A stretch of 50,919 nt of DNA from Clostridiales bacterium (GCA_035362115.1 DAOSDD010000002.1:1-50919); one strand, 5' to 3'; numbered from the stretch's first letter, positions 1 through 9,716 are shown. Notes: generated by a model not told the origin, from the sequence alone. Translations and numbers: made by a program.

Positions 1-1020
1 ATCGATTAAATATGGATCAACCATAATATCACCATGTTTTATAATTTTAACAATTGGTCTCATGCAACAATCAGCATAGTTTTTAGCAACTATTCCTGAC
101 TTGCTATTACTTAATTGAACACCGGTGCCCACCGGATAGGGTGTAATTATTTTCAAAAACTGCTTTAAAATATGGGGTTCGAAGAGTATACCGCCATTCC
201 CCATAATATATTCTACGGCTTCGGAAGGAAAGAGTGCTTTCCTATATGGCCTATCGGATGTGAGGGCATCATAAACATCAGCCACTGCAATAATTCGGCT
301 GGGCAGTGATATTTTTTTCCCCGGCAATCCGAAAGGGTAACCTGATCCGTCAAATCGCTCATGGTGCTGAAGTATTCCAATACCGAAATAATGAGAAAAT
401 GAATTATTATCCTTTACAAGTTGGTATCCTTTAAGGGGGTGTGACTTAATAATTTTAAACTCTTCGTTTGTCAAGCTGCTATTCTTTATTAGAATTTTCC
501 TGGGGATGAATACCTTACCCACATCATGCAAAAGAGCTGCTAATCCTAACTTAAAAAGTTCATTTCTATTACTGTATAACGATAAACCAACGGCAAGTGA
601 TAAAACTGAAACATTTACTGAATGAAAAAAAGTATAATCATCATAAACCTTAAGATCAAACATATTTACAAGAAGTTCCTTGTTTGCTTGAATAATATCT
701 ATAATATCATCAATGAGTTTCTCAAGTTTATCAACAGTTTTGCTTCTTATGGCCTTTATACTTTCGATCTCCTCGAATGCATTTTTAATAGTTTTAACGC
801 ATTCTAAACGCAAATTATCATCTATCAATACAGGAACTTCTATATCATGTGAAAGTGCATCATCAACATATATACCGTGATACCCCAATTCCTTTAACTT
901 AACTATGTAAGATTCCTGGATTTTAGTACCGGCATTTAAGAGAAGCTCGCCATTTTTCCCCCAAATTGGTCTTGCGTTAATTATTCCTTCTTTTAGATGA
1001 TCTATATAAACAAACCTCAT
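1..1020 (-). CDS. HD-GYP domain phosphohydrolase (putative cyclic-di-GMP phosphodiesterase); C-terminal end cut by window edge
   Basis: The minus-strand frame is open from ATG 1020-1018 ([12 protein letters not shown]...) to position 1, 340 codons. It has no stop in the window, so it is absent from the ORF track. It contains [18 protein letters not shown] and [15 protein letters not shown], which are HD and GYP signatures. Confidence 0.85.
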   Translation of the reverse strand, partial: MRFVYIDHLKEGIINARPIWGKNGELLLNAGTKIQESYIVKLKELGYHGIYVDDALSHDIEVPVLIDDNLRLECVKTIKNAFEEIESIKAIRSKTVDKLEKLIDDIIDIIQANKELLVNMFDLKVYDDYTFFHSVNVSVLSLAVGLSLYSNRNELFKLGLAALLHDVGKVFIPRKILIKNSSLTNEEFKIIKSHPLKGYQLVKDNNSFSHYFGIGILQHHERFDGSGYPFGLPGKKISLPSRIIAVADVYDALTSDRPYRKALFPSEAVEYIMGNGGILFEPHILKQFLKIITPYPVGTGVQLSNSKSGIVAKNYADCCMRPIVKIIKHGDIMVDPYLID

Positions 1021-1114
1021 AATCAATAACCCTTCCATAAGAAAACAACAATTAGCAACTATTAATATAGTATAAAACAATTCCTTACAATATTCAACAA
1101 GTTTTGCAAAAATG

Positions 1115-1143
1115 GGTGCATTTAAAATTTTTGAAGAAATGAT
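1115..1143 (+). repeat. Solo arm related to the inverted repeat at 4402-4511 (GGTGCATTTA-N8-TGAAGAAAT)
   Basis: GGTGCATTTAAAATTTTTGAAGAAATGAT shares the 10-mer GGTGCATTTA and the 9-mer TGAAGAAAT, in the same order and with similar spacing, with both arms of the 4402-4511 element. It is intergenic, about 95 nt upstream of the HD-GYP start. Confidence 0.35.
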
Positions 1144-1278
1144 TGCCGTAATTTGACTGCTGGATACATAATTATATAGATCGCATGCAGGAAATAAGAA
1201 GTGGGAAGTGAGCATTCTACAGGTTATATTATTCATAGATCAAACCTCTTAACCCTAGCTTCCCACTTTATCCAATTA

Positions 1279-1620
1279 TTATTGTACTACATCGAAAGCA
1301 TAGTTGCTGCCTGAGTTATTATCCCAATTGTTTGCACAATCTTTAAAACATACATTTATTGTTCCTGATTTTACTACAGGGATATTTACCTCAAAACCTT
1401 TGTCAGTTCTATTCATGGGATAATCATAAAGGTTATCCCAATTGCTGCCGTAACCTACATGGGCATAAATGTGTGATGCACCACTTTGTGCAAGTAAGCC
1501 GCTATATTGAACAGTAAGCTTATCGCCCAAAGAAGGTATTGCGGGGCTAACGCTTAATCCATTTTTCAAATACTCTGTACTATTAGTGAAAGTTGCTGTA
1601 GTTTTGTTTACTCTTGGCAT
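1279..1620 (-). CDS. Small stand-alone carbohydrate-binding (CBM25/CBM53-like, starch/glycogen-binding) protein
   Basis: 113-aa ORF. LTVQYSG...HVGYGSNWDN...CFKDCANNWDNNSGSNYAFDV matches the W-D-N-N-x-G-x-N-Y starch-binding-module signature. An AGGAGGT SD lies about 8 nt upstream on the minus strand. There is no signal peptide. Confidence 0.7.
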   Translation of the reverse strand: MPRVNKTTATFTNSTEYLKNGLSVSPAIPSLGDKLTVQYSGLLAQSGASHIYAHVGYGSNWDNLYDYPMNRTDKGFEVNIPVVKSGTINVCFKDCANNWDNNSGSNYAFDVVQ

Positions 1621-1911
1621 TAAAAATTACCTCCTTTCTATTATTCTTGTATTTCCTGATTTATTATTTACCTATAGAATTTTAAAAATACAGCACAACC
1701 TTTAAGGATTATTAGGAATAAATGCCATAATGAACCTGCATAACAATTTATTACTATTAGCAGTAATATTATACAAATAAATTACTTTTATCTGTGCTTT
1801 TTTAATAATTCTGTTGGTTTATGAATTATCTATTTGTGAATAGGTTTTGCTTTTTTTGCAGATAATATTACAACCTTATAACTTTTTTAATAATTGGAAA
1901 GGATGATAAAT

Positions 1912-4371
1912 ATGAAGGCAGTTATTATGGCTGGCGGAGAAGGTACAAGATTAAGACCTTTAACCTGCAGCAGACCAAAACCTATGGTACCTGTAGCAAA
2001 TAAACCTGTAATGCAGTATATTATTGAGTTATTAAGAAAGTATGAACTTGTAGATATCGCTGTAACATTGCAATATATGCCGGAAACAATTAAGGATTAC
2101 TTTAGAGATGGTAGTGAATATGGCGTTAATTTGTCATATTACGTCGAAAATACTCCCCTGGGTACTGCAGGAAGTGTAAAGAATGCAGAAGAATTCCTTG
2201 ATGATACGTTTATTGTAATTAGTGGAGACGCACTTACTGATGCAGATTTAAAGAGTGCTGTAGATTTTCATAATAATAAAGGTTCAATAGCCACACTACT
2301 GCTTAAAAAAGTAGATGTACCGCTTGAATATGGGGTAGTTGTAACGGATAGTGAAAGCAGGGTAACAAGATTTCTGGAAAAACCAAGCTGGGGTGAAGTG
2401 TTCAGCGACACTGTCAATACTGGAATATATATCCTTTCTCCTGTTGTGCTAACCTATTTTAATAGAAACGAAATGTTTGATTTTAGCAGAGATTTATTTC
2501 CTATATTGTTAAATGAAGGAATGCCAATGTATGGCTACATAATTGATGACTATTGGTGTGATATTGGCGATCCTAATGCTTACATCCAATCCCATATTGA
2601 TATTTTTGAAGGAAAAGTAAAAATAAATATTCCCGGGAAAGAAATAATGAAAAATGTGTGGGTAGGTGAAGGTACAGCTATCGATGAAAATGTAAAAATT
2701 CATTCACCTTGTATTATAGGTAAACACACAAGAGTAAAGAAAAATAGCTTAATAGGTGAATATTCAATAATCGGTGATTCTAATATTATAGGAGAAGGGG
2801 CAAGCATAAAAAGAAGCATTATATGGAATAACTCACTAATAGATGAAAATGTTGAACTAAGAGGAAATGTAGTATGCAATAAAGTTCACTTCTATAATAA
2901 TTCATCAGCATTTGAAAATTCTGTAATAGGTGATGACACCGTAATAAAAGAAAATGCTATCATTAAACCAAACATAAAAATCTGGCCGGACAAGCTTATC
3001 GATGAAGGGACTATTGTAAATTCCAATCTTGTATGGGGTGCAAAATACACAAGGAATATTTTCGGGAACAGAGGTATAGCAGGTGAAATAAATAATACTA
3101 TAACACCTGAATATGCATCAAAACTTGGCGCAGCATACGGGGCTATTTTTAAGGAAAAGGGAAAAATAGGCATAAGTTGTGACAATAATCCTTCTACTAA
3201 AATGATTAAATCAGCATTTATCGCAGGTTTGCTTACTACTGGTCAGGAAGTATATGATCTTGGAGAAATGCTTTTGCCTATAACAAGGTCTGCAATTAGA
3301 TTTTACAGAATGGATGGTGGAATTCACATAAGTTCTCTCAGACAAAATCCTGCAAGGTTGTTTATTGATATTTTAGATGAAAAAGGATGCAATATTAACA
3401 GAGGTACTGAAAGAAAAATTGAAAGTATTTTTATTAGAGAAGATTTTACCAGATGCGAAGGAGACTGCATTAAGGAAGTTACAAAAATATACGATTACAG
3501 TAATTATTATCTTGGAAACATTATTAATAGTGTAAAGGCTGCAAAATTCAACTATAAAATAGTTCTGAATACAAGTTCTGATTTTACTGCAGAAATCATG
3601 AAAAATCTTTTGAATGCACTCGGCTGTGAAGTAGAGCTGCTTAACCTGAAAATTGTAAACAGCAAAACAAAAAGAGAAAGTATGACATCAGCAGATGTTA
3701 GATTTTTTACGAGTCATATAAAAATGGGTAATTATGATCTGGGTGTATCAGTTGAGGATTCCTCGGAAAAAATGATGCTTATAGACGATAAAGGGCGGAT
3801 ATTAACTGAGGACATGTACATGGCTCTTATAGCAATAATGCTTTTCAAATCAGGCGGAGGAGGTACGGTAGTTGTACCTTTATCTACAAGCCATGTTATT
3901 GAAAAAATTGCCGAGGAATATAATGGGAAGGTTATAAGAACTAAAACATCCACACAGGATATAATGTATAAATTATTAGGAAATGGTGAAGAGGAAATGT
4001 TTGATCAATTTACTCTTCATTTTGATGCAATAGCCGGACTTGTTAAAATTTTGAAGTTTATGTCATTAAATAATTATAAGCTTTCAACGCTGGTGGATAT
4101 GATTCCATCTTTTTATATGAATAGACAGGAAGTTGAATGTCCCTGGAATGCAAAAGGAAAAGTTATACGGGAAATAATACAGGAACAAGAAGGAAATACA
4201 ATTGAAACTACCGAAGGAGTAAAAATATATAAAGATGGAGGGTGGGTTCTTGTTTTACCAGATGCTGAGCTTCCTATATGCAGGGTTATAAGCGAAAGCT
4301 ATTCGGCAGAATTTGCCAAAGAGCTAAGTACAGCATATGCTGATAAAATAAGGGAAATAAGCCAAAAGTAA
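1912..4371 (+). CDS. Sugar-phosphate nucleotidyltransferase (GGxGTRLxPLT + left-handed beta-helix) fused to a phosphogluco/phosphomannomutase-like C-terminal half
   Basis: ORF 1894-4371. The likely start is ATG 1912 ([18 protein letters not shown]), preceded by a GGAAAGGA SD. The N-terminus carries the canonical NTP-transferase motif. Hexapeptide-like repeats occur around residues 250-370. The C-terminal half aligns by eye to the four-domain PGM/PMM fold, but with degenerate motifs (see findings). Confidence 0.85.
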   Translation: MKAVIMAGGEGTRLRPLTCSRPKPMVPVANKPVMQYIIELLRKYELVDIAVTLQYMPETIKDYFRDGSEYGVNLSYYVENTPLGTAGSVKNAEEFLDDTFIVISGDALTDADLKSAVDFHNNKGSIATLLLKKVDVPLEYGVVVTDSESRVTRFLEKPSWGEVFSDTVNTGIYILSPVVLTYFNRNEMFDFSRDLFPILLNEGMPMYGYIIDDYWCDIGDPNAYIQSHIDIFEGKVKINIPGKEIMKNVWVGEGTAIDENVKIHSPCIIGKHTRVKKNSLIGEYSIIGDSNIIGEGASIKRSIIWNNSLIDENVELRGNVVCNKVHFYNNSSAFENSVIGDDTVIKENAIIKPNIKIWPDKLIDEGTIVNSNLVWGAKYTRNIFGNRGIAGEINNTITPEYASKLGAAYGAIFKEKGKIGISCDNNPSTKMIKSAFIAGLLTTGQEVYDLGEMLLPITRSAIRFYRMDGGIHISSLRQNPARLFIDILDEKGCNINRGTERKIESIFIREDFTRCEGDCIKEVTKIYDYSNYYLGNIINSVKAAKFNYKIVLNTSSDFTAEIMKNLLNALGCEVELLNLKIVNSKTKRESMTSADVRFFTSHIKMGNYDLGVSVEDSSEKMMLIDDKGRILTEDMYMALIAIMLFKSGGGGTVVVPLSTSHVIEKIAEEYNGKVIRTKTSTQDIMYKLLGNGEEEMFDQFTLHFDAIAGLVKILKFMSLNNYKLSTLVDMIPSFYMNRQEVECPWNAKGKVIREIIQEQEGNTIETTEGVKIYKDGGWVLVLPDAELPICRVISESYSAEFAKELSTAYADKIREISQK

Positions 4372-4389
4372 TCTTTTTAATAACTAGAA

Positions 4390-4521
4390 CCCTTTTCAGA
4401 AGGTGCATTTAATTTATCTGAAGAAAATATTGTCAAGGGACATAAGTGGAGGCTCTAAACACCGTAACTATAGCCCCTGGTTAATATTTCTTCAGATTTT
4501 ATAAATGCACCCCTTTTCAGA
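4390..4521. mobile_element. MITE-like element: roughly 30-nt terminal inverted repeats (4402-4431 / 4483-4511) around a 51-nt core, flanked by the 11-nt direct repeat CCCTTTTCAGA
   Basis: The left arm is GGTGCATTTAATTTATCTGAAGAAAATATT. The reverse complement of the right arm is GGTGCATTTATAAAATCTGAAGAAATATT. The direct repeat CCCTTTTCAGA occurs at 4390-4400 and 4511-4521. No ORF is present. Confidence 0.4.
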
Positions 4522-4641
4522 TTTTCATCTTGCAAAATAAGTATATTAAAAGTAAAATAAAAGTATGGTTGCTGCAAAACAGGAGCAATTAGTTTTACAA
4601 TGTTGTGTACGATGTTGTATATAATGACAGGAGTTTTAGTG

Positions 4642-5364
4642 ATGAAAAAAGGCAGCTGGTTTGTGTTATTTTTAATATATTCTATTTTAGGCTTTATTAT
4701 ATCGCTTCAATTTAGAAGTAATATGAGTACAAAAAAAGAAAAATCAGCCTCTGTTTTAAATACCGAAAGACTTCTGGCACAGGTTGAGCAGGAGAAAAAA
4801 ACTCAAACTGAGCTTAAGGCTGAAATAGAACAAAATAGAAAGAAAATTGAAGAATATTTAAAAAGTTATATTGAGTTAAATGATGATAGAAAGTTAAAAG
4901 ACTTGTGGACGGCTCTATATGATGCGAAATTGAAAGCAGGTTTTACAGATGTAGAGGGACCCGGGCTTGTAATAAAACTTGATGATGCTCCTTCAAAAAA
5001 ATCTGATGATCCATTGCTTTCGATTATACATGATGCTGATATACAAATAATTCTTAATGAGCTTAAAAAAGCAGGAGCACAGGCAATTTCCATTAATGGA
5101 GAAAGGATAGTTGCAACAAGCGAGCAGCTTTGTGCGGGCCCGACAATTAGAATAAATAAGGAGGTTTACTCGGTCCCTTATAGAATTAACGTGATTGGTC
5201 CCCCGGATGACCTATACTATTCATTAATGATGTCTGAGAGGGTAATATTGATGCGTAAACAGGGAATAAGAATTACAGTTGGCAGATCAAACAAGGTTTT
5301 AGTAGAGCAGTACAAGAAAGACCCTACTAAGCTTATTTCCAGGCTTGAGGTGATTGGATTATGA
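4642..5364 (+). CDS. DUF881 family membrane protein (YlxW/YlxX-like, division/sporulation-associated)
   Basis: ORF 4600-5364. The likely start is ATG 4642 (MKKGSWFVLFL), 7 nt after an AGGAG SD. It has an N-terminal TM segment, a coiled-coil, and the motif IIHDADIQIILNELKKAGAQAISINGERIV typical of DUF881. Confidence 0.8.
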   Translation: MKKGSWFVLFLIYSILGFIISLQFRSNMSTKKEKSASVLNTERLLAQVEQEKKTQTELKAEIEQNRKKIEEYLKSYIELNDDRKLKDLWTALYDAKLKAGFTDVEGPGLVIKLDDAPSKKSDDPLLSIIHDADIQIILNELKKAGAQAISINGERIVATSEQLCAGPTIRINKEVYSVPYRINVIGPPDDLYYSLMMSERVILMRKQGIRITVGRSNKVLVEQYKKDPTKLISRLEVIGL

Positions 5365-6053
5365 AAATAGCAAGGAATATTGCAATTACAGTTGTGTGTA
5401 TTATTTTGGGAGTAATGGTTGCATGGCAGTACAAAAGTATAAATTACAATCAAAACGCCATGAGTTACCAGAATAAAAGAGCTGAAGGATTAATGGAAGA
5501 GGTTATAAGGCTGCAGAAAAACAATGCAGATTTAAGAACCCAATTACAAAAACTTCAAAATGATGTTAGGTTGTATGAAAGTGCAAAAGCAGGAAGTGAT
5601 GAAGCATCGAAAACGTTGCTCGAACAATTAAAAACCGCAAGAATCTTTGCAGGCTTTTATGATGTAAAAGGCAAAGGAATAATAATAACAGTTGAAAGTA
5701 ATATCTATACTGTATTGGAAGATGATATTCTTGCTTTGGTAAATGAACTGCGGGCAGCAGGAGCTCAGGCAATATCTGTTAACGATGAACGGATTACAGC
5801 TATGACAGAAATAAGAGATGCACCTCCGTATACAATGATTAACAAGGTACCTGTAACAGCACCGTTTACGATAAAAGCCATTGGAGATCCTGAGCAATTG
5901 GAGAACTCGCTGAAAATGATTAGTGGTGTTGTAGAAAACCTGCAGGAATTTTTAAAAATTACGATTAAAAAATCAGATGATATTTCCATACCAAAAGTGA
6001 GGGAGGACGGCTCAGTAATAAAAATCGACTTATTAAACCCGGTTTCACAATGA
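5361..6053 (+). CDS. DUF881 family membrane protein (second paralogue)
   Basis: It overlaps the preceding gene by ATGA. It has the same architecture (TM, coiled-coil, LVNELRAAGAQAISVNDERIT). Confidence 0.8.
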   Translation: MKIARNIAITVVCIILGVMVAWQYKSINYNQNAMSYQNKRAEGLMEEVIRLQKNNADLRTQLQKLQNDVRLYESAKAGSDEASKTLLEQLKTARIFAGFYDVKGKGIIITVESNIYTVLEDDILALVNELRAAGAQAISVNDERITAMTEIRDAPPYTMINKVPVTAPFTIKAIGDPEQLENSLKMISGVVENLQEFLKITIKKSDDISIPKVREDGSVIKIDLLNPVSQ

Positions 6054-6072
6054 TAAATAGTATTATTTCTTT

Positions 6073-6117
6073 ACTCCCTGAAATATAAATATTATAGATA
6101 TTTATTTTTCAGGGAGT
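6073..6117 (+). promoter_or_regulatory. Near-perfect 45-nt palindrome/hairpin between the DUF881 gene and pdaA; the 3' arm contains the pdaA SD
   Basis: ACTCCCTGAAATATAAATAT-TATAG-ATATTTATTTTTCAGGGAGT forms a stem of about 20 bp with one mismatch. No U-tract follows. AGGGAG at 6111-6116 is the only SD-like sequence before TTG 6127. Confidence 0.5.
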
Positions 6118-6126
6118 TGATATACT

Positions 6127-7125
6127 TTGTATAAAAGAATATTTGTTCTATTCTTAATATCTATAGTTTTAGCTGGATTTATTACAATTAATCTATACGA
6201 AAAAACAAGAAAAAATCATAAGCCTTTTAGAGCTCTTGGAGAAGTTTATAATTCTGATTTTAAAGATCTTGATTTAAGCATAGAGTTAAGTGGAAGGCTT
6301 TCAAGCGATAATCAATATTCTGACAAAAAAGCATATCCAGAAAATAATAAGCTTAATAGCAGTTCAATATTAGAGAATAATCTAAAATATTCAGATTATT
6401 CAAATTCTGTGGAAACCTCTCAAAATATTGTCTACAGTAATAAACTTTTATCATGGGGTATTTTAAGAAAACCAAATAATGAAACTCCAGCTGCAGATCC
6501 GGGTGCACCAGAACTGCTTGCAAAATACAATGGAATTTATTTGGGAGATACGTCAAAAAAGGTAATCTATATGACTTTCGATGAAGGATATGAGAATGGA
6601 TATACACCTAAAATCCTTGATGTTCTAAAGGAAAATAAGGTACAGGCCGTATTTTTCATAACTGGGCCCTATTTGAATAAACACCAGGATCTGGTGAGAC
6701 GTATGGTGGAAGATGGTCATATAGTTGGAAATCACACTGTACATCATCCAAGTCTTCCTACTTTGACTGATGAGGAAATAGAAGAGGAGATATTGGGACT
6801 GGAAAGGGCATTTAATGAAAAATTCAATAGAAAAATGCAATTCTTGCGCCCCCCAAAAGGGGAATACAGTGAAAGAACTCTTGCAATAACAAATAAACTG
6901 GGTTATCAGAATATGTTTTGGAGCTTTGCATATGATGATTGGTATAGAGATAAAATCAGAGGCCCTGAATACGCACGTAACATAGTGATGAATAACCTGC
7001 ATAATGGTGCCATACTATTGCTGCATGCTGTTTCAAAAGACAATGCAGATGCCCTTGATATGATAATCAAAGGTGCAAGAGAAAAGGGTTATGAGTTTGG
7101 AGACTTTGATGAGCTAAAAGAGTAG
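6127..7125 (+). CDS. pdaA: Delta-lactam-biosynthetic de-N-acetylase (polysaccharide deacetylase, sporulation)
   Basis: 332 aa with a TTG start and an N-terminal TM segment. The NodB-type motifs are TFDEGYENGYT, GNHTVHHPS, LRPPKGEYS and WSFAYDDW, the last being characteristic of PdaA. Confidence 0.8.
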   Translation: MYKRIFVLFLISIVLAGFITINLYEKTRKNHKPFRALGEVYNSDFKDLDLSIELSGRLSSDNQYSDKKAYPENNKLNSSSILENNLKYSDYSNSVETSQNIVYSNKLLSWGILRKPNNETPAADPGAPELLAKYNGIYLGDTSKKVIYMTFDEGYENGYTPKILDVLKENKVQAVFFITGPYLNKHQDLVRRMVEDGHIVGNHTVHHPSLPTLTDEEIEEEILGLERAFNEKFNRKMQFLRPPKGEYSERTLAITNKLGYQNMFWSFAYDDWYRDKIRGPEYARNIVMNNLHNGAILLLHAVSKDNADALDMIIKGAREKGYEFGDFDELKE

Positions 7126-7144
7126 TTAAAGGAGAGTTAACAAA

Positions 7145-7483
7145 ATGGCTTTGTCCAGAAAGAATATCAAGGATGCAGGTAAAAACAGTAAAGTAAAAGG
7201 AGAAAAAAGGCATGCCGATAAAAATGTAAAGGAAAAACTTACTGAAGTTCTTGAACTACCAAAGGAAGTTATACTTAACATACCTAAAATGACTATAATA
7301 GGTAATAAGGAATTGGTAATTGAAAACTATAAAGGAATAATTGAGTATGGAAGTGCTAGAATACGGATAAATACAGGCACAGGATTGATAAAAATCACCG
7401 GTAATGGTTTGAATATAAAGGAGATCACTTCAGAGGATGTAATTATAGGGGGAGATATAAGTTCATTGGAATTCCAGATGTAA
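7145..7483 (+). CDS. yqfC: Sporulation protein YqfC (YabP family)
   Basis: 112 aa. LELPKEVILNIPKMTIIGNKELVIENYKGIIEY matches the YqfC/YabP pattern. It lies directly upstream of yqfD, as in Bacillus. Confidence 0.85.
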   Translation: MALSRKNIKDAGKNSKVKGEKRHADKNVKEKLTEVLELPKEVILNIPKMTIIGNKELVIENYKGIIEYGSARIRINTGTGLIKITGNGLNIKEITSEDVIIGGDISSLEFQM

Positions 7484-7507
7484 TTGTTGCAGCTATGGAG
7501 GTTAAAA

Positions 7508-8707
7508 ATGTTATTTTTAAGGTTATGGAATTATATTAGAGGATATGTTATCATATTAATTGAAGGGTATTACCTTGAAAGGTTTATTAATATCTGTACA
7601 CACAGGCAGATATTTTTATGGGATGTTAACCGCTCCAGTGATATAGCAATGACATTAAAAGTAAGCATACAGGGGTTTAAGTTGCTAAGACCGGTAGCAC
7701 AAAAAACTTATTGCGCAATAAAAATTGTAGACAAAAAAGGTCTGCCCTTTATTCTAAGCAGATATAAGAAAAGAAAGGCTTTTGCGCTGGGTGCATTGTT
7801 ATTTTTTTTCCTTATAAATGTACTGGCCTCATTTATATGGGATATAGAAATAACAGGCAACATGGAAATAGGGAGAATGGAAATTGCTGAAGCACTATTT
7901 AGTATGGGGATAAAGCCCGGAACTTTAAAATATAAGGTTGATGTAGATATAGTTGCCAACGAACTGATGCTTAAAATGGAAAAGCTGGCTTGGGTTGGCT
8001 TTGAAATAAGGGGTACCAGAGCTTTGCTATATTTGAAGGAAAGGCAGAAGCCGCCTGAACTGGTAGCTAAAGATATACCATGTAATATTATTGCTGGAAA
8101 AGATGGTATAATCAAGTCAGTAATAGTAAAAGCAGGCCAGGAACTGGTAACAGCAGGTGATACTGTAACAAAAGGACAGATTCTTGTGACTGGAGTAATC
8201 AAAGGTAAAAACGAAAATGAACCACAAAAACTTGTCCATGCAATTGCAGAAATTGAAGCAAGAACTTGGTATGAGGCCAACGGTACGGTAAAATTTAAAA
8301 CTGTAGAAACCGTACGCACAGGTAAAACTACAGAAATTTACAGGCTGAAGTTACTTGGCAAAGAAACGAACATACCATTTTTAAAGAAAATGGATTTTGT
8401 CAATTATGATAAGATAGAATTTAGAAAGGTATTATCGTTGGGAAAGGATCTTGTACTGCCTTTTGAGTTATTAACAGAGAAATACTATGAGAATGAATTG
8501 GTAGAAAAGAGTTTGAGCGTTGATGAAGCTAAAGAAGCAGCTGAAAATAAGGCAATTAAAAAACTTATGGACATTATTCCGGAGAAAGCGGAAATTTTAA
8601 ACAGGATAATAGATTTTAAACAGAACAATGAAGACGCAATAACTGCAAATATAATAATCGAATGTATTGAAGATATAGGAATTACAGAAGAGATTGGGGG
8701 AGAATGA
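7508..8707 (+). CDS. yqfD: Sporulation protein YqfD (stage IV)
   Basis: ORF 7484-8707. The likely start is ATG 7508 (MLFLRLWNYIRGYV), after a GGAGGT SD. Its length and its position between yqfC and phoH are typical. Confidence 0.85.
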   Translation: MLFLRLWNYIRGYVIILIEGYYLERFINICTHRQIFLWDVNRSSDIAMTLKVSIQGFKLLRPVAQKTYCAIKIVDKKGLPFILSRYKKRKAFALGALLFFFLINVLASFIWDIEITGNMEIGRMEIAEALFSMGIKPGTLKYKVDVDIVANELMLKMEKLAWVGFEIRGTRALLYLKERQKPPELVAKDIPCNIIAGKDGIIKSVIVKAGQELVTAGDTVTKGQILVTGVIKGKNENEPQKLVHAIAEIEARTWYEANGTVKFKTVETVRTGKTTEIYRLKLLGKETNIPFLKKMDFVNYDKIEFRKVLSLGKDLVLPFELLTEKYYENELVEKSLSVDEAKEAAENKAIKKLMDIIPEKAEILNRIIDFKQNNEDAITANIIIECIEDIGITEEIGGE

Positions 8708-9676
8708 TTGGAAGGACAAATTGAAAAAGCTGTTGAGCTTGACAGACTGGACTCAGCAATAAATTTATTTGGCAAATGTGATGAAAACATTAAGATTATC
8801 GAGGAAGCTTTTGGAATAAGGGTAGTTTCCAGGGATGAAGGAATTAAAATTATCGGGACTTGTGAAAATGTCGAGAAGGCTGATAAAATAGTAAAAAAGT
8901 TAATTAATATAGCTGAAAAGGGAGAAACAATTACACGGCAGAATGTTAATTACCTTGTACAGTTGGCAGAAGAAGGTTTGCTTGAAATTAACAGTGATTA
9001 CCTGGATGACTGTGTATGCTTTACTGTCAGGGGAAAACAAATAAAGGCTAAAACTTACGGACAAAAAAATTATGTAAATGCGATAAAGAACAATGTAATA
9101 TGTTTTGGGATAGGACCTGCAGGTACAGGAAAAACGTATCTTGCTGTTGCTATGGCTGTAACGGCTTTTAGAAACAAAGAAGTCAACAGGATAATTCTTA
9201 CAAGACCTGCTGTTGAAGCCGGCGAAAAACTGGGCTTTTTACCAGGTGATCTGCAGAATAAAGTTGACCCTTATTTGAGACCTTTATATGATGCCCTATA
9301 TGATATACTAGGCTCCGAAACCCACCACAAATATATGGAAAAAGGAATGATTGAAATTGCACCTCTTGCTTACATGAGGGGGCGGACTCTTGACGATTCT
9401 TTCATAATTCTTGACGAAGCTCAGAATACCACCCCGGAACAGATGAAAATGTTTTTGACAAGAATAGGATTTGGATCAAAAGTAATAGTAACAGGAGATA
9501 TAACACAGATTGATCTTCCAGGAGAAAAGAAGTCAGGTCTTAAGGAAGTAATTAAAATATTAAAAAATATTAAAGGTATAGAATTTATATTCTTAACTGA
9601 AAAAGATGTTGTAAGGCATGAGCTGGTACAGAGAATTATAAAAGCTTACGAAAGATATGATACAATAAAGAGCTGA
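8708..9676 (+). CDS. phoH: PhoH family ATPase
   Basis: Walker A GPAGTGKTYLAV, FIILDEAQN and VTGDITQIDLP. The TTG start lies 7 nt after a GGGGGAG SD. Confidence 0.9.
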   Translation: MEGQIEKAVELDRLDSAINLFGKCDENIKIIEEAFGIRVVSRDEGIKIIGTCENVEKADKIVKKLINIAEKGETITRQNVNYLVQLAEEGLLEINSDYLDDCVCFTVRGKQIKAKTYGQKNYVNAIKNNVICFGIGPAGTGKTYLAVAMAVTAFRNKEVNRIILTRPAVEAGEKLGFLPGDLQNKVDPYLRPLYDALYDILGSETHHKYMEKGMIEIAPLAYMRGRTLDDSFIILDEAQNTTPEQMKMFLTRIGFGSKVIVTGDITQIDLPGEKKSGLKEVIKILKNIKGIEFIFLTEKDVVRHELVQRIIKAYERYDTIKS

Positions 9677-9716
9677 AAAGATGAAATTTAGTTAGGCCAA
9701 AGGCGGTGAATACTAA

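Noticed and set aside
1196-1270. AGTGGGAAG ... CTTCCCACT inverted repeat downstream of the CBM25-like gene as a terminator
   Set aside because: The loop is about 50 nt with little internal pairing and no clear U-tract on the minus strand. It is too weak to call as a feature.
7708-8319. 203-aa minus-strand ORF inside yqfD. Similar long antisense ORFs occur at 43245-43742 in rny, 26374-26799 in secD, 20383-20766 in queA and 38155-38592 in the chemoreceptor gene.
   Set aside because: All lie antisense to genes with clear family signatures. Their products are Ser/Ile/Phe/Leu-rich, as expected from the complement of purine-rich coding strands. None has an SD or a recognisable motif.
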